From the NCBI RefSeq assembly GCF_006345805.1, contig NC_043021.1:18166001-18230000 (forward strand): a stretch of DNA of 64,000 nucleotides, in the 5' to 3' direction. The stretch is from Octopus sinensis. Lineage: Eukaryota. A program made the translations under genes and the position numbers. This document shows positions 25,888 through 36,108 of this stretch, in pieces (the first letter of the stretch is position 1; each line of letters starts with the position of its first letter). The notes beneath the pieces are model-generated. The model did not search any database. It was given only the letters and a program-made list of their open reading frames with translations, and was not told where the DNA came from.

Positions 25888-26369
25888 TTCTCAAATATAG
25901 GTTCTTTCTACTGTACAGTTTTTACTCTTCTTTCAACTCTGCCTTCATAACTGTGGTACTCCCTTAGAATATGCTTTTCTACTTTAGGCTTCTCAAATAT
26001 AGGCTCTTTCTACTGTACAGTTTTTCAGCTTCTCAAATATAGGCTCTTTCTACTGTACAGTTTTTCAGTTTCTCAAATATAGGCTCTTTCTACTGTACAG
26101 TTTTTCAGCTTCTCAAATATAGGCTCTTTCTACTGTACAGTTTTTCGGCTTCTCAAATATAGGCTCTTTCTACTGTACAGTTTTTCAGCTTCTCAAATAT
26201 AGGCTCTTTCTACTGTACAGTTTTTCGGCTTCTCAAATATAGGCTCTTTCTACTGTACAGTTTTTCGGCTTCTCAAAAATAGGCTTTTCTACTGTACAGT
26301 TTTTACTCCTCTTTCAATTCTGCCTTAATAACTGTGGTACTCTCTTAGAATATGCTTTTCTACTTTAGG
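25888..26369. repeat. 40-bp tandem array (7 units) between two ~100-bp direct repeats
   Basis: Unit CTTCTCAAATATAGGCTCTTTCTACTGTACAGTTTTTC(A/G)G at 25989-26268; flanking blocks at 25888-25988 and 26269-26369. Confidence 0.95.
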
Positions 26370-26572
26370 CACAAGGCCTGAAATTTTGGGGGAGGGGGAG
26401 GGCAATCGAGTAGATCAGTCCCAGTGCGCAACTGGTACTTAATTTATCGATCCCAAAAGGATGAAAGGCAAAGTCGACCTTGGCAGAATTTGTACTCAGA
26501 ACATAAAGACAGATGAAATACTGCTAAGCATTTTACCCAGCATACTAACATTTCTGCCAGCTCGCCACCTTA
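26356..26572 (-). mobile_element. Family C SINE with the alternative (GGCACAAGGCCTGAAATTTT) tail
   Basis: Core and head motifs present. Confidence 0.85.
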
Positions 26573-26942
26573 CCCCCTTAAAGTATTGGAAAATTGGTGT
26601 TTAAAAAGAGCAGCTTTTTTTGAATAGGGAAATATGTACATTACTTTAGTCTCATCAAATTGATGAATTCTGAAACTTCTGGAATCTCATAATCTTATTC
26701 AATCTTCACAGTTTGGATTTGTCTCTAGCCTTAGCTGCCGTGGCGAGTGGTCAGTTCATTTTGCCTTTAGCATTTAAACTGGCCAAATCCTGCCCAAATA
26801 TTCTATCAATTTTATGTTCAAACTGTCAAGATCCAGCCTCTCACACCTACCCTACAGTGTCATTCTAAAAATATACGATCATGTCACCAAAATCTTAAGG
26901 TTTTGAGATAATGCATGATTAATTCAAAACAATGTCAATAAA

Positions 26943-27197
26943 ACAATTGCTGCGTGGAAGGTGTTTGTAAGCCATTTAAGAAACACACAAAAGCCGTTCG
27001 ATTCACTTCAACATTTAAGTTTAATTTGTCAAAATATTTTCATCGCTTTAAGACTGCAACCTGTTCACTGACAAAAATCCGTGCTACATCTCAGCACGTA
27101 TTTTTAAATGGCTTACAAACACCTTCCACGCTGCAATTGTTTTCGTTTCAGCACACGATCTCAGATCAAATCACTTGCTATGCAAGTACATCTCTGT
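26943..27197. mobile_element. Family F head-to-head inverted element, putative non-autonomous Penelope-like retroelement, copy 1
   Basis: Left arm starts ACAATTGC; right arm 27105-27140 is its reverse complement and is followed by a ~55-nt extension. 12-bp direct repeat AAT(G/A)TCAATAAA at 26931-26942 and 27198-27209. Confidence 0.7.
27025..27075 (-). ncRNA. Putative minimal type-I hammerhead ribozyme with G3-C8 core variant
   Basis: Minus strand UUUGUCA-GUGAACA-G-GUUGC(AGUCUUAAA)GCGAU-GAA-AAUAUU-U-UGACAAA: 7-bp stem I, stem II with wobble pairs, GAAA, palindromic stem III. Folded by eye; activity untested. Confidence 0.55.
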
Positions 27198-28119
27198 AAT
27201 ATCAATAAATAAATAAAGATTACTTTTGACAGAGTAATCTGAATGCTAAGGGGTTAGAAGTCCATGAAGACATCACCTAAATCACACATGGTGGCTCATG
27301 GGTTGATTTAATTAGTCTCAACTTCACCAAATCCTTTAATTGGACGTAGCAAGTCGAATATGGATGGCAGCGCTGGTGGTCAACTGGGAAAATAACTAAG
27401 AAATGAAGGGTTCAAATCATGTCATGCACTAGTGTTGCATTTTAGACTTTGTCAGGACACTTGATAGTCAAATGTGTCGGTCACTGTAGCCAATTAGAAC
27501 AACTCATCCCTCTAAAAGTTGCTCCTTAGCTTGCAGTACTAAGTTCAATCCCACTTCTGGTTTGTATCTTGAAGATGGATACCCTTGATACACCATGTAG
27601 AGACAGAACCCTGTTGTGGGGTACCAACAACCCAATGAAACTATGTACCCCACCAGTGTAAGGTACATAAGTCAACCTTTATAAACTTACCTTTCTCCAC
27701 ACTATTGAATATATCTGAAATCATGAAGTACTCTGAGTATGTGGAGTGGAATAGCTTACACTGGAGAATTGACTGTATGATAGAAACCAGTTCACCAGGA
27801 GCTCACCATCTCTCTGTTTTCATTAGTGTATTTTAGTATTTCTTTTTCATTTTTGTTTCCGTCTTTTTTTTGTCCCCCACCCCCACCCCACCCTAAAATT
27901 AGTTGCAAATGGAATAGGAAAGAGAATTGCTGAGTCATTGATAGACTTCAAATGACTGACTGACTATTTCATCTATGGACTTGGTGATTCCTAAGTACTG
28001 GCTCAACACCAAATTGGTTCACATTCATTTTCTTTACACCACACACACACACATTCACACACATTTGCAATAAAAACCTAACAAAAGGCTGATACACACA
28101 CCTTGCATCTTTCTCTCTC

Positions 28120-28150
<31 letters not shown>

Positions 28151-28290
28151 ATTAAACAAGAGGATAGGTGAGAGCAGTTGATGGAAACAAGTGGTTGGAA
28201 GGGGGTAAATTATTAGAACTTGTAAACAACTGAAATATAGCTTGAGGTGTGTTTCTGTAGACATTACTACTCCACTGCTGTTGTTGTTGC

Positions 28291-28330
<40 letters not shown>

Positions 28331-29070
28331 TCTGAGAAGCAGAGCTATATTCAGAAGCTAATTGGCCACTTTGATAATAAAAGGGAGACGTAGAATGAGT
28401 AAGAGGAGAGGACATTGGTAGTAAGTATATTGATTATAGGTAGATATTATCTGTTGTCCAATTTATCTTCCTCTGCCCCCCCCCCAGTACCAAAACTAGA
28501 CACAAAATAGACTTTAAAACAGAACCATATATAAGAGAAGCTGCGTTCAGACAGCGATATTGTCACCCCCACCTCCCTACATCCCTGCCTTTTGTGCACC
28601 GTAGTGAGTGTGTGGGTGGGGGTGATAACCTGAAAAATGTTCCAGTACACATGTCTTTATTTTCTCCAAGAATATCTTGTTCCTGTACCTAGTTTAAAAT
28701 ATCTGCGGTGGTGTTGTATCTCAGTGGCAATCCTAGGAATAAGAAAAAAAAATAGTGACTGTGACATACATGCTTTTCCAGAACATTATTATGTGTGATT
28801 GCAGCCAATGATAAAGCCTCTGTCTGATTCACTATCAAGTGTTGTCATAAATTAAGAAAGACAGGTTGGATAGTGAGGTCCAAGGTACACTGAATCTGTT
28901 AAAAGGATGGGATGGATACAATTGAAAGGCTTTTTGATTACAGATCTACTGTGTCGGCCGACCTGAAGCTAAACAACAATTGTTCTACAATAATCGCTCA
29001 TCAACATGCTGTATCAGCTTATGATCTCTGCTGTATAATAGTTCCAGTACCTTTGAACTTACCAAATGTG

Positions 29071-29497
29071 GAATCTTTTTGGTTTGAATGGCAGTTTTTA
29101 ACATAATTTCTAGGTATCTAAAAAATTTTTAACTTCGTATACTGGTAGAATGTGTTTATAAAACATCTTTTTCTCTTGCCTTTATTGAGAAAATTCTATA
29201 GTTTGTAAGATATTTGTTGTTTTTTTTCTTCAATTTCTGCAATTTCAACCAATCACTGACGTCCATTGAGGTAAAATACATTCTGTGCCGTATGAATATG
29301 TCCCTCGTTTAAGAAACAGATTGGGTTTATTTACATTTGTGAAGAAAAAAAGATATCCTTCCCCCACCCCTAACCCTAACTAACCCTAACCCTAAAAGAG
29401 ATTGAAATGCAAGAGATCGATTCTAGGGTCATAATTATGGGTGGCAATTTCCATATGACACCACTAGAAAAAACTGCCGTTCAAACCGAAAAGATCC
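29071..29497. mobile_element. GGATC-ended MITE, copy 2
   Basis: Perfect 8-bp TSD CAAATGTG at 29063-29070 and 29498-29505; internal (TAACCC)n at 29371-29395. Confidence 0.9.
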
Positions 29498-29530
29498 CAA
29501 ATGTGTAACATCCACTATCCAAACCTGCCA

Positions 29531-29572
<42 letters not shown>

Positions 29573-29899
29573 CCCACTGTCTTTTACAGCCATTAGCAAA
29601 CTGCAACCTGCTGGACTTTCTGAATGGCAAACCTTAGAATTACCTTGAATTTTCTTCTAGTAGTGTGGCCTACCTGATGATAAGCTAAGTCTTTTGTGGC
29701 CTAATTCTCACAAAAGTTAGCCCATGTTTGGTCTGTTTCTTGGCACTTGCTTTAATCCTCCCAACAAACAATTTCATCTTTCTTGAATTTTTCCTTTTTG
29801 TTTTTGTAATGTTTTCCTAAAAATTATTAACCTAAAGATGTTTAAACCAAACTTTAAAGACTACGGGCATTGTTCCCCCTCCTGGTCCTCTATATTTTT

Positions 29900-30810
29900 C
29901 ATTGAGTACACTGTAAACTATGGCTGCAGTGGTATCACAGGCAGGGTGACAGAAGAAAGACTTGGTCTGCAGCAGATTCACAGGGAGAGGAAGTTAGAGT
30001 ACGCATGACATAAAATCTTTCAAATGCTCTGAAGGCTTCTTCTTGGTTGTAGTAGCTTGGTGCCCTAATTAACGGAGAGGAGAATTCCAAGAGTATAGCA
30101 GTTCCAAAGTAAGAATAGAATGGAAAAAGTTCAGGGAACTCTTACTTTGGCTGGCAAAAAAAATAATTTCTCTCTGCTAGGGAAGGTTAGATTACATGAT
30201 GCTTGTGTATGAAGTGCAATGTTGCATGGTCATGAAACATAAGCCTTAGGCGCAGAGAATGAATGGAAGCACTCCGTCGGTTACGACGCCGAGGGTTCCG
30301 GTTGATCCGATCAACGGAACAGCCTGCTCATGAAATTAACGTGTAAGTGGCTGAGCACTCCACAGACACGTGTACCCTTACCGTAGTTCTCGGGGATATT
30401 CAGCGTGACACAGAGAGTGGTGACAAGGCCGGCCCTTTGAAATACAGGTACAACAGAAACAGGAAGTAAGAGAAAGTTGTGGTGAAAGAGTACAGCAGGG
30501 ATCACCACCATCCCCTGCCGGAGCCTCGTGGAGCTTTAGGTGTTTTCGCTCAATAAACACTCACAACACCCGGTCTGGGAATCGAAACTGCGATCCTACA
30601 ACCGCGAGTCCGCTGCCCTAACCACTGGGCCATTGCGCCTCCACTGGCGCAGAGAATATATGAAGGCTCGACAGAAAACAAGTGAGCATTCTCTGCTGAA
30701 TGTTAATATGAATAAACAATGGAGTGTAAATGAGTTGAGTGAATGCAAAACAGGGTATAAGACAAATCAAATGCAGTGTGTAAATGAGAAAACTGCTTGT
30801 ACAGATGTGT
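29900..30810 (+). mobile_element. Degenerate RTE LINE fragment interrupted by a family B SINE
   Basis: Reads RIEWKKFRELL...RLHDACV*SAMLHGHET*AL, the RTE post-RT motif (cf. LHGSETWA); boundaries approximate. Confidence 0.7.
30261..30645 (-). mobile_element. Family B SINE, full length
   Basis: 12-bp TSD GGCGCAGAGAAT at 30249-30260 and 30646-30657; highly similar to 5158-5551. Confidence 0.92.
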
Positions 30811-31087
30811 ATGAAGTAGTAGTTATAGTAGTATGGAGGCATGTGCTGTAGTAGCTTGTTGTTGCATCCACCATTTCTCGATGGTTCCCTACTCTTGGTG
30901 GATGACACCTTTGCTCCACCCAGGTGGCAACCTTCCAACCCATGGGTCTGTTTGTGTAGTTATTGCTGGTGAGGGTTCTTACAAGATCAGAGTGCAGATC
31001 CTTCCGCAATGTCATTTAGTTGCCTTTTCAGATAAACACTGAAAATTTTGTGTCTATTCTTCGACATGCAGGTCCCCACAGTAACAT

Positions 31088-31192
31088 GAAATTAAGTGTT
31101 TTGCTCAAGAACACAACATGCTTCCCAATGCGGGGATCGAATCCATGATCAGGCAGTCACGAATGCAACACTCTGACCACTAGGCCACTCAC
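31088..31192 (-). mobile_element. Older tRNA-headed SINE fragment (family-B-related)
   Basis: Minus strand GTGGCCTAGTGG...GGATTCGATCCCC...GTTCTTGAGCAAAACAC. Confidence 0.65.
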
Positions 31193-31389
31193 ATTTATTC
31201 CTAGATATCCAAGTGGATGGAACCTGAAGAAGAGGAGAACAAAAAAGACATGGGTAGTGGTGAAGATTGAGATAATGAGACCGGACATCACCTCACATGC
31301 ATACAAGCATGCACACAGGGTGCACCAAATAGTGAGATGTTGCGCTGGAGAAGAGCTATCCAATCCATGGAAATTCTTCTTTCTTTTTT

Positions 31390-31595
31390 TGCTTTTACTT
31401 GTTTCAGTCATTTGACTGTGGCCATGCTGGAGCACCGCCTCTAGTCAAGCAAATCGACCCCAGGACTTATTTTTTTGTAAGCCTAGTACTTATTCTATTG
31501 GTCTCTTTTGCCAAACCGCTAAGTTACGGGGACATAAACACACCAGCATCAGTTGTCAAGCAATACTAGGGGGACAAACACAGACACACAAACAC

Positions 31596-31680
<85 letters not shown>

Positions 31681-31854
31681 CATATATACGACAGGCTTCT
31701 TCCAGTTACCATCTACCAAATCCACTCACAAGGCTTTGGTCGGCCCAAGGCTATAGTAGAAGACACTTGCCCAAGATGCCATGCAGTGGGACTGAACCCA
31801 TGACCATGTGGTTGATAAGCAAGCTACTTACCACACAGCCACTCCTGCGCCTAT
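31390..31854 (-). mobile_element. Family A SINE, full length, with expanded internal microsatellite
   Basis: Aligns with 1704-2118; longer (CA)n(TA)n centre. Confidence 0.9.
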
Positions 31855-32809
31855 GTGGAAAATAAATCTGGAAACAATGATGATTATACACACATACCTT
31901 TCTATCTTAGAATTTATCTTACTTTAATGTAGATTGACATTCATATATTTCCCTTCATGAGAAAGGCTGAATGGTATGTGGAATATGAACTCAGATTGGA
32001 AAAACCCAGAATAGATACTTCACGGTAACTCATCCAATTCTCTAACAATTTTGCAAACCTACCATACTGGACTGGTACTTTATTAAAAGCAGAAAGAATA
32101 AAAGACATCGATGGCCTTGGTGTGATTTGAACCCAAAGCTGAAACAAATACTACAATTAAAAATTTTTTTTTATTTTTAATTAAAAAAAATTTTTTATTA
32201 TTATTACTATTATTGTTGTTATACATACATACATACATGCATACATAATAATAATAATAATGATAATGATAATAATAATAAGTGGGTCTAAACACATGAA
32301 CAAAATAAGAATAAACAAAAACAAAAACACGAACGTATATAAACAGAAGATACAAATATTACAGGCATTCCCTGCCCCCACTAACTAAACATAGACACAC
32401 ATAGAGATATAAGCATGCGCAAATGAAGACACATACAATAGAAATATAAAATGGCTGACAGTTAGTAAGGAGAGACACACAAATAAGAAAGAAGAATGCA
32501 AAGGACCACTGATGCAGTCACAGGAGTGTGACGAAAGAACTCTGGCCAAAATAAGATTAAGTTTAATATAAAAAATAAATAACACTGAAGCAAAGTAACA
32601 CTAAATATATAGTGCGTGTGTTTTTATTGGCTAAACTGGCAAAATGACCATTCCTAAATACAAAAATACTACAAGGTTTTCTATCTAATGCACTAACTAC
32701 ACTTTATGTATTGACTACTTTTACATTATATGTGTGTGTGTTATGGATAACACGTAAAAGAAAAACTGCTTTTTTTTACCATTCCCTGTGGTGAATGCAG
32801 CTTTGACTA

Positions 32810-33658
32810 GAAGGAATTGATTTCATCAGATTGTATCCAACAATCATTGGTTGTTTCAGCTCTGAACCACAACACCCTTCCACTTGTGGGTTAGCAGAGG
32901 TGGCCAAATCGCTACTCCTCATCTCCCCTTGGCTTACAGCTTAACTCCTCTCTCTTGCTCCATAACCAGCAAAGTGCTCTCTGTTGTTGCTTCCATCCTG
33001 CACACAGTCACCTTTTGCGGTTTTCCTCTTATTCCAATGGCTGTGAGCATCCTCCATGCTGACTGGGAAGGGAACTCCCTACAGCCAACCTCCACTGGCA
33101 AAACCCATGACTAACATCGCTTCTTCCTGCAATCCTGCTGAAGACTCTCTAGAATCGTTAGCACGCCGGGCGAAATGCTTAGCAGTATTTCGCCTGCGGT
33201 TACGTTCTGAGTTCAAATTCCGCCGAGGTCGACTTTGCCTTTCATCCTTTCGGGGTCGATTAAATAAGTACCAGTTACGCACTGGGGTCGATATAATCGA
33301 CTTAATCCGTTTGTCCCCTCTGTATTTAGCCCATTGTGGGTAGTAAAGAAATAGTAAACTTGATGAAAATTATTCCTCTTTAGCTTTTCAGACCACAAAA
33401 TTACATCAGATCTTAGGGTTGCCCGGATGATCTTGAGAAACTGCAGTCTTTCTCCCAGGTCTGCTTTCATAAACCTATGATTAGGCCCCTTGTAGTAGAC
33501 TATTTGTTCTCTTTGCAGTCATCACTGGCTTTTCTCCTTCCTTCATGAACTTGATTGCTGGTCCTTTTTTCTCTTGCTGCTATTGTTTTTGAGCCTTTCT
33601 TGTTCCGCGGTATGAGTGTGGCAAATACCTTGTCAAGGTGCCACGTATATCTTCCTTG
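32810..33658 (-). mobile_element. Hero-like (RLE-bearing) non-LTR retrotransposon 3' fragment, interrupted by a family C SINE
   Basis: Across frameshifts it reads QGRYTWHLDKV...IKFMKEGEKP...ADLGERLQF...TLRSDVILWS...IIFIKFT, then PVEVGCREFPSQSAWRMLTAIGIRGK. These match the Hero C-terminal motifs as I recall them (GRYTWRHDQV, LRPDIVLW, PVEVGCRGF). Confidence 0.75.
33151..33353 (+). mobile_element. Family C SINE, slightly 5'-truncated, near-consensus
   Basis: AGAATCGTTAGCACGCCGGGCG...GTGGGTAGTAAAGAAATA. Confidence 0.9.
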
Positions 33659-35054
33659 AGTATATATATGTGTTATACATGCAGAGAGAGAGAGAGATGT
33701 ACATACAAGTACTCATACACCATATACACACAAACAAATGTGAGTGGGTGTGTGTATACATATATAAAGAGAGAAAAGGTGAATACAGGTGTATAGTTTA
33801 TAGAAACAATATTACTATAACTTGCCTGTTTTCCATTTGTCATTGTAGCTTTTCAAAATAAAAACAACCACAGCAGAAGAAAATGTGTAAAATTTGCTGC
33901 AACAATCTAACACTGTATAGAATTACAGCGTTACATGGAGGATAACACCTAGTTCTTTCTTTTTTTTCCTTCTTGTTCCACCTCTGTCTTCCACTTATTT
34001 CTGTCAAGGAAAAATAATAAAAAAAATGGAAAGAAAGAAAGAACATATTCCTCTCCTAAAACTAACCTGATTTGTCTTCTAACTGGAGAAATAGACTGAC
34101 AGTAAATAGATAGTGGTGGTGGTGGAGTGATGGGGATGGTTAACTTGAAGGAAGAATGGAGAGAGAGAGAGATTTAAGGATTTCTTATCACTAAACCAGC
34201 CTCCCTTGTTCCATGCCACCACCACCACTACCACCACCACCACCTGCCCACTGCTCACCTTTTTATTGCTATTTTTCTTTTGGCATGACATCAAAGACCA
34301 GTTTTGTGTTACTGTGAGATCCATAGGAGGGAAATACAACTCTGGTCTTTGCAAACAGTGACCTTGCTGATTAAATGTTGAGCCAAGGAACTGCTGTTCT
34401 GCTATTGGTGATGGCAGCGGTGGTGGTGGCAGTGGTGAAGGTAGTGATGGTGATATATGTGTATGTGTGTGTATGTGTGTGTGTGTGTGTGTGTGTGACA
34501 CCTCCCCTATGCTAAAGCTGTCTATATTGAATCTGAAAATGTTATGAAACTAGAGCAATCGATATCAGCAGAATTGTATTATTTGTTATCATGTGATATC
34601 TAATGCACCAAGGAGAGAGAAGGAAAGTGAGAAAGATGGATCTTGTCTTTTGAGTCTTGTAATATTCTTCTTTCTCTCTCTCATCTCTCCCTCAACACAC
34701 ACACACACTCTCACACACACATACATGCAAACACACACACACACATGCGCTTTGACTTTGTGGTTTTTTTTTTTTTTTGTGTGTGTGTTAGTAAAAATGG
34801 GGATGTGTTGTCCTGCAGCTGAATTTAGCTGAAAATGCCATTAAATGAAAGGTGTGATAATGTTTATATCTATAGACTGTGTGTGTGTATACACTTCTCT
34901 CACACTGGCAGGTTTTATATATTAATATGGTGTTATACAGGGTTTATATATATATCTGTGTAAATATGTTGTCCAATTGTAAATGCTGTTAATTGTCTGT
35001 GCGTGTGTGTATATATGTGCGTGCATGCACACACACACACATACACGCACACAC

Positions 35055-35820
35055 TTTTGTCTTCTCTTATCCCTTACACGCATGGGTTAAATGGATCTTC
35101 TCCAACAAAATGTCTCGCCACTTGTTGCAGTCTCTTTTCATCTTCCTGAGGTTAAGTGTCCTGGGATTAGCCCTTCCGCACTTCTCTAGTCTTCCTCTTC
35201 TACCCTCTTCTTCCATTTTGGTCACTTGGCATTTCTTCACCAAACCGTTATCTGTCATTATACACATCGTATGTCTCTACCAGTGCAGTCTTCCTTCTGT
35301 CTTGTGCGTATTGCAGTTAATTCCTCCTTTACGCATTTTTGCATTCAGCCTGTACTATGCACTCTGTCACTCAAGCATGCTAAACATTATACATCCAGCA
35401 GATCATGTTCGCCTCATTTCTTTTCAGCTGCAACACAATCCCCATATTAGATGCCCAGGTTTCTTTGTAATGCACTATAAACGTTATACACATATAATAC
35501 ACAATCTGCCCTTTGCTTGAAGAAGGAAACCCTTTGTTACCAGCTGAAATAGTTGCTCCCTGAACTTTTACTACAGCTCTTCGCCATTATAGTTTGGCAA
35601 CATCCACTTCCTAGGTCACCTAATATCAGCTACTTCTGTTGGTGAGCCATCTGGATATTTTTAAAATTTCACGAGCGCTCTTAGATATTAACTACTCCTA
35701 TGCATCTGCTACATGCAAAGTCCTTTTTGTTTATCAGTCAGCTTGTTGTGATCCCACTGAATCTTTTGCATACACAATAGAGAATTCTTCTTAGTCCTTT
35801 TCTCAATAACTAGCAGTAGA
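35055..35820 (-). mobile_element. Degenerate RTE LINE fragment (RT 3' region)
   Basis: Minus-strand remnants EVAD..LGD, AAAGTTCAGGGAGC (KFRE), KETWA, and DNGLVKKCQ...RGR...RTLNL...KWRDILLEK; boundaries approximate. Confidence 0.7.
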
Positions 35821-35905
35821 TTTCTCTGGCCTTTCTTACTAAGACTTAATTTTGCTAGGCTTATTTTTAGACCTCTTTAATCTAAGTGGTGGTATTTATT
35901 ATTAA

Positions 35906-36108
35906 TAAGGTGAGCAGGAGTGGCTGTGTGGTAAGTAGCTTGCTAACCAGCCACATGGTTCCGGGTTCAGTCCCACTGCATGGCACCTTGAGCAAGTATC
36001 TTCTGCTATAGCCCCGGGCCGACCAATGCCTTGTGAGTGGATTTGGTAGACGGAAACTGAAAGAAGCCCATCGTATATATGTATATATATATATATATGT
36101 GTGTGCGT
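35906..36108 (+). mobile_element. Family A SINE, 5' half ending at the microsatellite
   Basis: Near-consensus head; the 3' module is absent. Confidence 0.85.

Larger units (their letters stand above)
26764..27253. mobile_element. piggyBac-type MITE (older copy) interrupted by family F
   Basis: CCTTTAGC...GCTAAGGGG ends; the body matches 13573-13783 once 26943-27209 is removed. Confidence 0.75.

Noticed and set aside
25989-26268. CRISPR-like array (also considered 42645-43003 and 57359-57932)
   Set aside because: The units are contiguous tandem repeats without unique spacers, the context is eukaryotic, and there are no cas genes.
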